NCBI GenBank assembly: GCA_963708025.1
Contig: CAVPSB010000019.1
Location: forward strand, 64,001 to 128,000
Source: an uncultured Candidatus Rokubacteria bacterium
Lineage (GTDB): Bacteria > Methylomirabilota > Methylomirabilia > Rokubacteriales > DASRDR01
Length of the DNA stretch: 64,000 nucleotides
Reading direction: 5' to 3'
A model generated the notes under the pieces. That model was given only the letters and a program-made list of their open reading frames with translations. It searched no databases and had not been told where the DNA came from. The translations under genes and the position numbers were made by a program. Below are positions 19,293 through 29,021 of this stretch, piece after piece; the stretch's first letter is position 1, and each line of letters begins with the position of its first letter.

Positions 19293-20177
19293 TCAAGCGG
19301 TTCCCTTCGGCGCGGAGGAGATGTTCGAGGACGATTTCGAACCCTGCCCTGTTGACTGACCTGTCTCGCCGCCCGACGTGGCCTCGCGGGCGGCGACGAA
19401 GTCCTCGACGGCCCAGATGCGCACTGGCTCGGCAATGCCCCGAACCGCCGTCGGCGCGAGCGCTCGCAGGGTGAATCGCGGATCGAGGGCGTCGCGGACC
19501 GGCTCGGTCACCAGGATGTTGACGCCGAATGTCCGCGTGAGGTCCTGCACGCGCGCGGCGACGTTGACGGTACTGCCGACGACGGTGAACTGCACGAGGT
19601 CCTGACTTCCGACGAGGCCGGCGACGCCCACGCCGCGGTGGAGCCCGACTCCCAAGGCGAGGGGTGGCAGTCCCCTGGCCGCGAGCCGACCGTTGTAGTC
19701 GGCGAGGGCCGCCCGCATCGCCAGCGCTGCGTGCACCGCGTCGTTCGACTGCCAGGGGTTCAGGTCGATGGCCCCGAACAGCGCCAGGATCCCGTCGCCG
19801 ATCAGCGTCGAGATGTGCCCCTGGTGCTCGGCGATCGCCCGGCTCATGCGGTCGAAGTATCCGTTCAGGATCCCGACCAGCACGTCGGGGTCGATGCGCT
19901 CGGTGAGGGGTGTGAAGCCGACGAGGTCCGCGAAGAGCACGGTGACCTCCTTGCGCTCCCCTCTGTTCACACGAACGCCCCTCGCGATGACCTCCTCGAT
20001 GACGGCGTGGGGCGCGAAGCGCGCGAACGCATGCTGGAGCCGCTCGAGCTCCGCCGAGGCGGTGTCGAGCCGCTCGCGCAGTCGGGCGGCGCGTCGCCGG
20101 GCGCGAAGGAACGCCCAGAAGAATGCGACGACCAGGGCCCCGAGCGCCAACCCCACTGCCCAGGCCGCCGGCGTCAC
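19293..20177 (-). CDS. Single-TM, coiled-coil class III nucleotide cyclase
   Basis: N-terminal TM (WAVGLALGALVVAFFWAFL); ERKEVTVLFADLVGFT, IGDGILALFG, VGLHRG, GSTVNVAARVQ; GTG start overlaps the upstream TGA. Confidence 0.88.
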   Translation of the reverse strand: MTPAAWAVGLALGALVVAFFWAFLRARRRAARLRERLDTASAELERLQHAFARFAPHAVIEEVIARGVRVNRGERKEVTVLFADLVGFTPLTERIDPDVLVGILNGYFDRMSRAIAEHQGHISTLIGDGILALFGAIDLNPWQSNDAVHAALAMRAALADYNGRLAARGLPPLALGVGLHRGVGVAGLVGSQDLVQFTVVGSTVNVAARVQDLTRTFGVNILVTEPVRDALDPRFTLRALAPTAVRGIAEPVRIWAVEDFVAAREATSGGETGQSTGQGSKSSSNISSAPKGTA

Positions 20178-21262
20178 GGGCAGTCCACCGCGAGGCAGAG
20201 TCGGCACACGGCGTTCGCGAGGGCCGTGACGCCGATCAGCTCGACGAGGTGGGCGTCGTCGAGCGAGCCGCTCAGGTCGCGCGCGCGCCGCTGGACCTGG
20301 ACCGGTCGGTAGCGTATCGTCTCCCGGGCAAACGGCACGATCACCGCCTCGAGGGCGTCGAGGGAGCCCGAGCCGAGGTGCGCGAGCGTCTCCTCGACCT
20401 CCGCGGTCTTCATTCCGCCGGCCTCGAGCAGGCGCGTCGCCTCGCGCTCCGCGGGTGGGCAGCCGATCCCGCGGGCGACGACCGCGAACACGAATGCCTT
20501 GGCGCGTGCCGGCAGGAGGGACGACTGCCACGCGCCGTCCAGGACGCCTCGCAGAGCGCGCGCGGCGGGTAGCCCGTCGAGCAGCTGGACGAGTCCCGAA
20601 TAGGGTCCGCTGCGGAGCTCCGGGGGCAGGACCTGGCGGTCTCCGCGAACCTGTCGCGCCCGGAGCCGTCGCCCGATCAAGGGAGCCAGCAATCCGAGCG
20701 CCCAGCCTCGCGAGAGGCGCTCGATCCGATCGACTGGCAAGGCGGGGATGGTCGCGAGGCGGTTGAAGTAGACGTGCGACGCCGCCACGAAGGCGAGCTC
20801 CCTGATCGCCTCCTCGCTCCAGCCGACGTCGCCCAGCGTCGTGCGATCGGCCCCGAAGGACCGCGGGTCGCCGCGCGAGATGTGGCGGGCAAACTCGAGC
20901 GCGGCGCCGTCCCGACGATCGAGCTGCGCTCCCACGAAATCGTCTTCGAGCTGGCGGATGCGTCGCTCGGGAAGGCCCTGCGCGCGCAGCAGGACGCGCT
21001 GCGTCGCGTAGCAGAAGCGGCACGAGTTGTCCTGGCTCACGACGAGGCCGATCAGATCCGCGAGGGTGAACGAGACGTGGACGAGGCGGACGCGGTACTG
21101 GTTCATCGTGATGAGCGATCGCACGATCCAGGGGCATCCCTCGAAGTAGGGGACGATCGTGGGGACCCGCCCCATCTCCTGGCGCACGTACCGCTCGACC
21201 GCGGCATCTCGCTGGGGCTCGAGGAGGCACCGCTCCCATTCGATGTCCTGTAACGCTTTCAT
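20174..21262 (-). CDS. Two-domain AhpD/carboxymuconolactone-decarboxylase-like protein with CxxC
   Basis: LVVSQDNSCRFCY; AALEFARHIS...GWSEEAIRELAFVAA..YFNRLAT; second repeat IVPFARETI...LVELIGVTALANAVCRL; GGAGG RBS. Confidence 0.75.
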   Translation of the reverse strand: MKALQDIEWERCLLEPQRDAAVERYVRQEMGRVPTIVPYFEGCPWIVRSLITMNQYRVRLVHVSFTLADLIGLVVSQDNSCRFCYATQRVLLRAQGLPERRIRQLEDDFVGAQLDRRDGAALEFARHISRGDPRSFGADRTTLGDVGWSEEAIRELAFVAASHVYFNRLATIPALPVDRIERLSRGWALGLLAPLIGRRLRARQVRGDRQVLPPELRSGPYSGLVQLLDGLPAARALRGVLDGAWQSSLLPARAKAFVFAVVARGIGCPPAEREATRLLEAGGMKTAEVEETLAHLGSGSLDALEAVIVPFARETIRYRPVQVQRRARDLSGSLDDAHLVELIGVTALANAVCRLCLAVDCP

Positions 21263-21298
21263 GGTCCTCCCCGGGGGCCGGCTCGGAGCCCGGGGGAT

Positions 21299-21327
21299 AT
21301 TATAGGAGAGGGACGGGAGACGGTCAG
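21299..21327 (-). promoter_or_regulatory. sigma70-type promoter of the AhpD-like/cyclase operon
   Basis: CTGACC-N17-TATAAT on the minus strand; perfect -10 about 37 nt upstream of ATG 21262. Confidence 0.6.
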
Positions 21328-21656
21328 TTCGTCGGACGTATCCCCCGAAATCGAGGCCCGAGCTATGCTGAGCCAGAGCGGTTTCGACTGGGGGCTGGTA
21401 TCAAGGCTCCACCACATCGAGCGGGACACCACCGCGCCTTTCCCGGGCGCATTTTCTGCTTGACAGGATTTCCGATCGTGAGCTGAGGGAAGTCGCGGCC
21501 TCGGCCTGGGACCTCACTCAGCGGGTCGAGCCGGCCCGCAGCCCCGCGCGCCGCCGGCGCCGAGCCGAAAATCATTCCAGTTCGACGATCCGACGTCAGG
21601 AGCGCTCCCAGGTGGCCCGAAATTCGGGTGCTAGAGTGCGAGCCAGGAGGCTCGCC

Positions 21657-23015
21657 ATGCATCTTGCGACGACGCTTGCGCCTGCCACCAGCGCGGCTGA
21701 TCTCGACCGGCTCGGCGACGAGATCGCCGAGCTCTCCGCGCACCTCGACGCCGCCACCGCTCGACTGCTCACCCTGCTCCGCGAGTTCGACGCCCGGGGC
21801 GGCTGGGCCAACGGGGCCCGCTCCTGCGCCGAGTGGTTGAGCTGGCGGGTCGGGCTGGATCCGGGGGCGGCCCGGGAGCGGGTGCGGGTGGCGCGGGCGC
21901 TGGGTGCGCTGCCCCAGCTCGCGGCGGCCCTGGAGCGAGGGGAGCTGTCGTACTCGAAGGTTCGCGCCCTCACGCGGGTCGCCACGCCGGAGACGGAGGC
22001 GCGCCTCCTGGCGGTGGGGCGGGCGGGGACGGCGGCGCACGTGGAGCGGATCGTGCGGGCGTGGCGGCGGGTGGACCGGCAGGTGGAGGGGCGGGAGGCG
22101 GCGGCGCGTCACCGGGGCCGGTCGCTCCAGGTGTACCCGGACGAGGACGGGATGATGGTGGTGCGGGGGCGGCTGGAGCCGGAGGTGGGGGCGGTGCTGG
22201 TGCGGGCGCTGGAGGCGGCGCGGGAGGCGCTGTATGCGAAGGCTCGGGCGACAGCCGACACGGCGGTCGAGGCGGACCCGCCGACGCACAGCCAGCAGCA
22301 GGCTGACGCGCTGGCGCTGGTGGCGGAGACCGCCCTCGCGCAGGGGCTCGATCCGGGCGCGGGGAGCGAGCGGTACCAGGTGGTGGTCCACGTGGACGCC
22401 GCCGCGCTGGCCGACCCCGAGCAGCCGGGGCAGTCGGCCCTCGAGGACGGCGTGCGCGTTTCTGCAGAAACGTCGCGGCGCCTGGCCTGTGACGCGACCC
22501 GGGTGGTCATGCACCACGCCGGGGATGGGCAGGTGCTCGACGTCGGGCGGCGCACGCGGGCGATCCCGCCGGCGCTGCGCCGGGCGCTCCAGGCGCGGGA
22601 CCGGGGGTGCCGCTTCCCGGGCTGCGGGGTGCGCCACGCCCAGGGGCATCATCTCCAGCACTGGGCCAACGGCGGCCCGACGCGGCTCGACAATCTCGCG
22701 CTTCTGTGTCGACGCCATCACGGCGCCGTCCACGAGGAGGGCTACCAGGTCGAGCGGGAGGCCGACGGGACGCTGCACTTCCGCACGCCGCGGGGCCGGC
22801 CGATCCCCGAGGTGCCGGCGCCGCCGGGGGTGCCGTCCGACCCGACCTGGGCGCTGGTCACGGCGAATCGAGCGCGCGGCCTGGCGATCCACGCGCGCAC
22901 GGGCTGTCCGAGCTGGCTTGGCGAGCGGCTGGATCTCGGCTGGGCGATCGACGTCCTGCACCCCGCGGCCAATCCGCTCGAGTCCCGCCTTGCCGGCCGC
23001 TCACCTGGGGACTGA
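21657..23015 (+). CDS. DUF222 (13E12-repeat) HNH endonuclease
   Basis: FDARGGW...SCAEWL, GELSYSKVRAL, RRLACDA, LDVGRRTR, RDRGCRFPGC...HHLQHWANGGPTRLDNLALLCRRHH; AGGAGG RBS; extended -10 TGCTAGAGT at 21629. Confidence 0.9.
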   Translation: MHLATTLAPATSAADLDRLGDEIAELSAHLDAATARLLTLLREFDARGGWANGARSCAEWLSWRVGLDPGAARERVRVARALGALPQLAAALERGELSYSKVRALTRVATPETEARLLAVGRAGTAAHVERIVRAWRRVDRQVEGREAAARHRGRSLQVYPDEDGMMVVRGRLEPEVGAVLVRALEAAREALYAKARATADTAVEADPPTHSQQQADALALVAETALAQGLDPGAGSERYQVVVHVDAAALADPEQPGQSALEDGVRVSAETSRRLACDATRVVMHHAGDGQVLDVGRRTRAIPPALRRALQARDRGCRFPGCGVRHAQGHHLQHWANGGPTRLDNLALLCRRHHGAVHEEGYQVEREADGTLHFRTPRGRPIPEVPAPPGVPSDPTWALVTANRARGLAIHARTGCPSWLGERLDLGWAIDVLHPAANPLESRLAGRSPGD

Positions 23016-23063
23016 GACGCATGACTCCGCCGCGCGCCCCACGCGGGTAGCGCGACCGCGTGC

Positions 23064-23122
23064 TGCTTCGACTGGGTGCTTCGACTGGGTGCTTGACCCG
23101 GCCGGGTCCCGGCGGCTAAGCT
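23064..23122 (+). promoter_or_regulatory. 13-nt tandem repeat running into a candidate promoter
   Basis: (tgcttcgactggg)x2 + tgctt, overlapping TTGACC-N18-TAAGCT upstream of 23172. Confidence 0.45.
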
Positions 23123-23171
23123 TTCCGCACTTCCGCTCCCCGCCACCTCCAACCCGGAGGGGAGGCCGCCG

Positions 23172-24230
23172 ATGAAGTTCGGCATCGATTACTTCCCCGA
23201 CGCCCACCCGGACCGGGTGTCCGGCCAGCAGTACTTCGCGGACGTCCTCGACCTCGCCGAGGACGCCGACCGGCTGGGCTACGACAGCGTCAAGATCGTC
23301 GAGCACTACTTCACCTCCTACGGCGGGTATTGCCCCGACCCCTGCCTCTTCCTGGCCGCCGCCAGCCAGCGGGCTCGGCGCCTGCGCCTGGTCACCGGGG
23401 CCGTGCTGCCGGTGTTCAACCACCCGCTCAAGCTGGCCGGCCAGCTCACCATGCTGGACGCCATCAGCGGGGGCCGCCTGGACGCCGGCGTCGCGCGGGC
23501 GTTCCTCCCCTACGAGTTCGACGCCTTCGGGATCTCGATGGAGGAGAGCCGGGCCCGCTTCGAGGAGGGGATCGAGGCGCTGATCCGGCTGTGGACCGAG
23601 GAGAACGTCACCTTCGAGGGGAAGTTCCACCGGTTCAAGAACGTCACGTCGCTCCCGCGCCCCACCCAGCAGCCCCATCCGCCGATCTGGGTCGCCGCGG
23701 TGGTCACGCCGGAGTCCTTCACCTGGACGGGCCAGAAGGGCTACTTCCTCATGTGCGTGCCCTACATCGGCGAGCACCACGAGCTGGCCGAGAAGCTCCA
23801 CCTCTACCGCCAGGCCTACCGCGATCACGGCCACGAGGCCCGCCGGCCGCCGGAGGTGATGATGGTGCTCCACCTCTACGTGGCGCCGACGCGGCGGGAA
23901 GCCCGCGAGGAGTGCCGCCCCTACATGGAGCAGTACCTCCGGAACTTCCGGGCCTCGGCGAAGTCGTGGACGGGGCGGCAGTCCGGGCAGTACAAGCCGT
24001 ACTCGGCGCTGGAGCAGATGCTGAACGACATCACCTACGAGCGGGTGCTCGACGAGACGCGGGCCATCATCGGGGATCCCGACGACGTCGCCCGCCAGCT
24101 CAACTACATCCGGAGCACGTTCGGCGAGGTCTACCCGACGTTCCAGATCAACTTCGGCATGATGGAGAAGGCGAAGGCGCGCCGGAGCATCGAGCTGTTC
24201 GCCCGCCACGTCATGCCGCACTTCCGCTGA
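23172..24230 (+). CDS. Luciferase-like (LLM) flavin-dependent oxidoreductase
   Basis: ADRLGYDSVKIVEHYF, HPLKLAGQLTMLDAISGGRL, PRPTQQPHPPIW, LFARHVMPHF. Confidence 0.9.
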   Translation: MKFGIDYFPDAHPDRVSGQQYFADVLDLAEDADRLGYDSVKIVEHYFTSYGGYCPDPCLFLAAASQRARRLRLVTGAVLPVFNHPLKLAGQLTMLDAISGGRLDAGVARAFLPYEFDAFGISMEESRARFEEGIEALIRLWTEENVTFEGKFHRFKNVTSLPRPTQQPHPPIWVAAVVTPESFTWTGQKGYFLMCVPYIGEHHELAEKLHLYRQAYRDHGHEARRPPEVMMVLHLYVAPTRREAREECRPYMEQYLRNFRASAKSWTGRQSGQYKPYSALEQMLNDITYERVLDETRAIIGDPDDVARQLNYIRSTFGEVYPTFQINFGMMEKAKARRSIELFARHVMPHFR

Positions 24231-24317
24231 GAGCGTGTAAGAGAATCCGCTCCTCCGACCCCCCTCCCCCCCGGTGGGTGGGGGAGAGGGGGCTGGGGGG
24301 TGGGCGGGAGGTCCCAA
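24228..24317 (+). repeat. Family B repeat copy 2
   Basis: Starts at the LLM TGA and ends gggcgggaggtcccaATG, providing the RBS of the next gene. Confidence 0.85.
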
Positions 24318-25414
24318 TGGATGCGAGCACCGCGACGCCGACCGCCGAGGCGACCGAGTTCTACCGGGAGCTGGAGAAGCAGCACCTGGTGGCGCTCTGG
24401 AACGTCAGCAAGAGCCTCTTGCCCAAGGAGCCGAAGAGCCGGTGCGTCCCCCACCTCTGGCGCTGGGACACGCTGCTGCCGCTGGTCCGGCGGGGGGCGG
24501 AGGTGTCGGGGCTCTCCCGCGCGGCCGAGCGGCGGGTCCTCGGCTTCATCAACCCCGGGCTGCCCGACCGGTTCGGGGCCACCCACACGCTCTGGGCCGG
24601 CTTCCAGTACGTGCTCCCCGGCGAGGTGGCGCCGGCCCACCGCCACTCGCCGGCGGCGATCCGCTTCGTGATCGAGGGGCAGGGCGCCTTCACCACCGTG
24701 GACGGGGACAAGTGCGTGATGGGGCCGGGGGACCTCGTGCTCACGCCGCCCTGGACCTGGCACGATCACGGGAACGAGAGCGCCGAGCCGATCCTCTGGC
24801 TCGACGGGCTCGACCTCCCCATGGTGGCCGAGCTGGAGGGGCAGTTCTACGAGCCCTTCCCCGCCGAGGCCCAGCCGGTCGGCAAGCCGGTCGGCGACTC
24901 CGAGCGCCGCTACGGGGTGGGCCAGCTCCGGCCGACGTGGGAGAAGTGGGCGGGACCGTTCTCGCCGCTCCTCAACTACAAGTGGGCGAAGACCGAGGAG
25001 GCGCTCCGCCGGCTGGCGTCGGTCGCCGGCGCCGGCAGCCCCTTCGACGACGTGGCGATGGAGTACATCAATCCCCACACCGGGGGACCGATCATGCCGA
25101 CCCTGGCCTGCTGGGCCCAGCTCATCCGACCGGGAGTGCGGACGAGGGCCCACCGGCAGACCGGCAGCGCCGTCTACCTGGTCTTCGAGGGGCGCGGCTC
25201 GAGCGTGATCGACGGCCAGCGCTTCGACTGGCGGAAGGGCGACCTCTTCGTCGTCCCGACCTGGGCCTGGCACGAGCACGCCAGCGCCGAGGGGGAGGCG
25301 ATCCTCTTCTCGGTGCAGGACACACCGGTCATGCAGGCCCTCGGGCTCTACCGCGAGCAGGCCTACCGGGAGCACGACGGGCACCAGCCGGTCACCGCTG
25401 TCTTCCAGGGCTAG
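24317..25414 (+). CDS. gtdA: Gentisate 1,2-dioxygenase family bicupin
   Basis: AERRVL..INPGL, PGEVAPAHRHSPAAIRF, TPPWTWHDHGN, WLDGLDLP, EYINP.TGG, HRQTGS. Confidence 0.85.
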   Translation: MDASTATPTAEATEFYRELEKQHLVALWNVSKSLLPKEPKSRCVPHLWRWDTLLPLVRRGAEVSGLSRAAERRVLGFINPGLPDRFGATHTLWAGFQYVLPGEVAPAHRHSPAAIRFVIEGQGAFTTVDGDKCVMGPGDLVLTPPWTWHDHGNESAEPILWLDGLDLPMVAELEGQFYEPFPAEAQPVGKPVGDSERRYGVGQLRPTWEKWAGPFSPLLNYKWAKTEEALRRLASVAGAGSPFDDVAMEYINPHTGGPIMPTLACWAQLIRPGVRTRAHRQTGSAVYLVFEGRGSSVIDGQRFDWRKGDLFVVPTWAWHEHASAEGEAILFSVQDTPVMQALGLYREQAYREHDGHQPVTAVFQG

Positions 25415-25540
25415 CGGGCGGGGCCGATGAGCGTCGCATCGCGTCGTCCTCGGTCGTCGCCGATCCTCGGCGTACTCGGAGTACGCCTGCGGTCGGCGAC
25501 TCCCTGCGTCCTAGCGCTGCTCGCTCCTCGGCCCCGCCCC
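25415..25540 (+). repeat. Family C repeat copy 2 (no inserted module)
   Basis: Immediately after TAG; outer stem gggcggggccga/tcggccccgccc, apical ggcgtact-cgg-agtacgcc. Confidence 0.9.
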
Positions 25541-25629
25541 GGGACGACAGGACCCGTGAGGCTACGACGGGTTCGTCAAGAGGGCCACGCCAGGACTGCG
25601 AGCGTGTCGGCCGCGAGGGGGAGGCGGCG

Positions 25630-26478
25630 ATGAGACTGGTGGTCTTCGACGACAACCGGCTCGGCGTGCTGCGAGACGGCGCGGTCGTGGACGTGAGCGA
25701 CCTGGTCGGCGCCGGGGCCGCCGACTGGCCACCGGTCTTCCTGCTGCGCGCGATCGCAGGGTTCGACCGGCTGCGCCCCCGGCTGGAGGAGGCCGCGCGG
25801 AGCCGCCCCGGCGTCCCGCTGGGGCAGGTCCAGCTCCGGGCCCCGGTGGTCTTCCCGAGCAAGGTCATCGCCGCCCCCGTCAACTACCGGGCGCACATCG
25901 AGGAGATGCGCCCGCTCATCAAGGGCGAGCTGCACGCGATCGAGAAGTACGGCGTGTTCCTCAAGGCCCCGTCCTCGGTCGTGGGACCCGGGGCGACCGT
26001 CGAGCTGCCATTCCCCGACCGCCGCACCGACCACGAGGTGGAGCTGGGGGTCGTGATCGGGAAGACCGCCCGCAACGTGGCGGCGGCCGACGCGATGGCC
26101 CACGTGTTCGGCTACACCGGCGTCATGGACATCACGGTCCGCGGCGACGAGGATCGCTCGACCCGGAAGTCGTTCGACACCTTCACGCCGGTGGGGCCCG
26201 TCCTGGTCACCGCGGACGAGATCCCCGACCCCCACGGCCTGCAGCTCCGGCTGTGGGTCAACGGCGAGCAGCGGCAGAACGGCAACACCCGGGACATGAT
26301 CTGGAACGTCCCCCGGCTCATCGAGTACGCCTCCCACGTCATGACGCTCTATCCGGGTGACCTCTTCTCCACCGGTACCCCGGAGGGGGTGGGGCCGCTC
26401 AGGCCGGGGGACGAGGTGACGCTCGAGATCGAAGGCATCGGCCGCATGTCGGTGAAGGTGGAACTGCGCAAACCCTGA
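25630..26478 (+). CDS. Fumarylacetoacetate hydrolase family protein
   Basis: NYRAHIEE, FLKAPSS, DHEVELGVVIGK, DITVR, RKSFDTFTPVGP, PGDLFSTGTPEGVG. Confidence 0.92.
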   Translation: MRLVVFDDNRLGVLRDGAVVDVSDLVGAGAADWPPVFLLRAIAGFDRLRPRLEEAARSRPGVPLGQVQLRAPVVFPSKVIAAPVNYRAHIEEMRPLIKGELHAIEKYGVFLKAPSSVVGPGATVELPFPDRRTDHEVELGVVIGKTARNVAAADAMAHVFGYTGVMDITVRGDEDRSTRKSFDTFTPVGPVLVTADEIPDPHGLQLRLWVNGEQRQNGNTRDMIWNVPRLIEYASHVMTLYPGDLFSTGTPEGVGPLRPGDEVTLEIEGIGRMSVKVELRKP

Positions 26479-26493
26479 GCGCGGGAGGGGGCC

Positions 26494-26940
26494 ATGCTGC
26501 AACAGCTCGACGGACTCCGGAAGTGGGGTCACCTGCTTCTCCAGCTGTTCCTCGGGTTCATCTTCGTCATGCACGGGGCCCAGAAGCTCTTCGGGCCCTC
26601 CTTCTACGGGTTCCCGTGGGAGGGGTACGTCGCGTACTTCAACAAGCTCGGCATCACGCCGGCGTCGTTCTGGGTGTGGGTCGTCACCATCACCGAGTTC
26701 TTCGGCGGCATCTCCCTCTTCCTGGGATTCCTGACGCGCTTCTGGGCCGCGGGTCTTGTGATCGACATGGCCGTGGCCATTCTCAAGAACCACATCAACG
26801 TCGGGTTCTTCTGGCTGACCCCGGGGGGCGGCCTGGAGTTCCCCTTGACGCTCGGCGTCGTGGCGCTGGCCCTGGTCTTCATGGGGCCGAGCTTCCTGGC
26901 GGTGGACCGGGCGATCGGCCTGGAGCGACGGACACCATAG
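26494..26940 (+). CDS. DoxX family membrane protein
   Basis: FVMHGAQKLFG, EFFGGI.L.LG..TR, GGLEFPL. Confidence 0.88.
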   Translation: MLQQLDGLRKWGHLLLQLFLGFIFVMHGAQKLFGPSFYGFPWEGYVAYFNKLGITPASFWVWVVTITEFFGGISLFLGFLTRFWAAGLVIDMAVAILKNHINVGFFWLTPGGGLEFPLTLGVVALALVFMGPSFLAVDRAIGLERRTP

Positions 26941-26950
26941 GAGGACGGGA

Positions 26951-28189
26951 ATGAGCCAGGTGAGACGACTTTCCGGGGTGCTGCTGGCACTGGCCGTCGG
27001 GCTCTCCCTCGTCCCGCTCGCCGAGGCCCAGCGCCCCGACCGGATCAAGATCGGCGGCACCGTCGCGGTCACCGGCCGCTTCTCCTCCGACTGGGGGCCG
27101 GGGATCATCGAGTTCATGAAGGCCTGGGAGAAGCTGGTCAACGGCGAGGGCGGCGTCTTCGTCAAGGAGTACAACGCCAAGCTCCCCATCGAGCTGGTGC
27201 TCTACGACGACGAGTCGAGTCCCGACAAGTCGGTGGAGCTGTACGAGAAGCTGGCCGCCGTCGACCGGGTCAACCTGTTCATCGGGCCCGGATCGAGCCC
27301 CATCACCCTGCGGGCGTCCACGGTGGCCGAGCGGCTCAAGATCCCGATGCTCCTGGTCGAGGCCAACAGCCCGATCATCTACACGCGGGGCTTCCAGTGG
27401 ATCGCCGGCGTCGACCGGCCGGCCCAGTACTGGGCCATCCCGTACTTCGACGCGATCAAGGAGCTCCGCGAGAAGGGGGTGGCCAACTACCGGACGATCG
27501 CCTTCCTGGTCGAGGACAATCCGCACACCAAGGACGTCGCCGAAGGCGCCATCGAGCAGGCCAAGCGGATCGGGCTGGAGGTCGTGGCCACCGAGTCGGT
27601 GCCCTTCCAGACCAGCGACTTCTCGGCGGTCATCGCGAAGTTCAAGCAGCTCAATCCCGACATCGTCTACTCGTCGGGCTGGACGGTGACCAGCGTGCCG
27701 TTCGTCAAGCAGGCCCACGAGCTGGGGCTCAAGCCGAGGGAGCTCCACGTCATCCACCTGGTGCCGGAGTTCGCCCAGCAGGTCGGTCCCCGGCTGGCCG
27801 AGGGCGTGACCGGGGAGACCCACATCGCCCGGAAGCACCTGGACCAGCGCTACCTGGCGATCCTCAAGCAGCTCAACGTCGACGACCCGTACCCGTACAA
27901 GTCCCTCGTGCTGCCGATCCGCTACCTGGCGCTGGAGACGCTGCGGCGCGGGATCGAGGCCGCCGGGACCCTGGACCACGAGCGCTTCATGGCCTCGCTG
28001 CGCACGCTCCAGTTCGAGACGCCCCACGGCCCGCACCGGTTCAACTACAACGTGAAGCTCGGCACCCGGGTGCTGAACGGCATGGGGGAGAAGTACCTCT
28101 ACGCGGGCCAGTTCCAGAGCGGGAAGATCGTGATCTTCGGCCCGCCGGCGGCGGCGGACGGGGCGTACCGGCCGACGCCGCGGCCGTAA
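26951..28189 (+). CDS. Branched-chain amino acid (LivK-type) ABC substrate-binding protein
   Basis: Signal peptide, IKIGG...TG, ELVLYDDESSP, TSDFSAVIAK, FETPHGP. Confidence 0.88.
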   Translation: MSQVRRLSGVLLALAVGLSLVPLAEAQRPDRIKIGGTVAVTGRFSSDWGPGIIEFMKAWEKLVNGEGGVFVKEYNAKLPIELVLYDDESSPDKSVELYEKLAAVDRVNLFIGPGSSPITLRASTVAERLKIPMLLVEANSPIIYTRGFQWIAGVDRPAQYWAIPYFDAIKELREKGVANYRTIAFLVEDNPHTKDVAEGAIEQAKRIGLEVVATESVPFQTSDFSAVIAKFKQLNPDIVYSSGWTVTSVPFVKQAHELGLKPRELHVIHLVPEFAQQVGPRLAEGVTGETHIARKHLDQRYLAILKQLNVDDPYPYKSLVLPIRYLALETLRRGIEAAGTLDHERFMASLRTLQFETPHGPHRFNYNVKLGTRVLNGMGEKYLYAGQFQSGKIVIFGPPAAADGAYRPTPRP

Positions 28190-28196
28190 GGCCGGG

Positions 28197-29003
28197 GTGG
28201 CCCTTCTCGAGGTCGACGGCGTCGCCAAGCGCTTCGGCGGGGTCCAGGCGCTCGGCGGCGTGACCCTGGACGTCGACGCCGGGAGGATCGTCGGGCTCAT
28301 CGGCCCCAACGGGGCGGGGAAGACCACCCTCTTCCACGTCATCTCCGGCGTGCTCCGCCCCGATCGCGGTCGCGTCGTGTTCGGCGGGCAGGAGGTGAGC
28401 GGCCTCCCGCCCCACGCCGTCTGCCACGCGGGGATCGCCCGCACGTTCCAGCTCGTCCAGCCATTCGCCCGCCTGTCGGTGCTGGAGAACGTCGCGGCCG
28501 GCTGTCTCTTCGGCCGGCGCGGGGTGGCGGCGCGGCTCAGCCGGCGCCAGGCCGAGGCCCGGGCGCGGGACTTCCTGGACTACGGCAAGCTCGGCGCCAA
28601 GGCCGACCGGCCGGCCGGCACGCTCACCCTCTCCGAGCGGAAGCGCCTGGAGATGGTGCGGGCCCTCGCCACGGGGCCGGACCTCCTGCTCCTGGACGAG
28701 GTCCTGGCCGGCCTCAACCCGCAGGAGACCGAGGAGATGACCGGGATCGTCCGCCAGCTCCGGCGGGACCTCGGCCTCGCGATCCTCCTCATCGAGCACA
28801 ACGTGCGGGCTGTCATGGCGCTCTGCGAGACCCTGGTCGTCCTCGACTACGGCACCGTGATCGCCCGCGGCGAGCCCGCCGCGGTGGCGCGCGATCCGGC
28901 CGTCATCGCCGCCTACCTCGGTGATCGCCGGACTCCTCCTTCGTCCTCTCCGCCACCGGGTCCTTCCGCTCCCTCTCCCCCCTCGGGGGAGAGGGCAGGG
29001 TGA
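28197..29003 (+). CDS. livG: Branched-chain ABC ATPase
   Basis: GPNGAGKTT, GIARTFQ, LLDE..AGLN, IEHNV, DPAVIAAYLG; stop lies inside a family A repeat. Confidence 0.9.
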   Translation: MALLEVDGVAKRFGGVQALGGVTLDVDAGRIVGLIGPNGAGKTTLFHVISGVLRPDRGRVVFGGQEVSGLPPHAVCHAGIARTFQLVQPFARLSVLENVAAGCLFGRRGVAARLSRRQAEARARDFLDYGKLGAKADRPAGTLTLSERKRLEMVRALATGPDLLLLDEVLAGLNPQETEEMTGIVRQLRRDLGLAILLIEHNVRAVMALCETLVVLDYGTVIARGEPAAVARDPAVIAAYLGDRRTPPSSSPPPGPSAPSPPSGERAG

Positions 29004-29008
29004 GGGGG
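28971..29008. repeat. Family A repeat
   Basis: ccctctccccc-ctc-gggggagaggg-cagggtgagggg. Confidence 0.85.
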
Positions 29009-29021
29009 TCCCGGCGGGGCA

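Noticed and set aside
19247..19777. 34-nt duplicate as a CRISPR spacer or DGR template/variable pair
   Set aside because: No flanking direct repeats, cas genes or reverse transcriptase; the copies are identical, with no adenine-specific mismatches
19293..21262. Pycsar anti-phage system
   Set aside because: No adjacent cNMP-binding TIR or TM effector; the partner is AhpD-like
21460..21490. TTGACA as a -35 element
   Set aside because: No -10-like hexamer at 16-18 nt spacing
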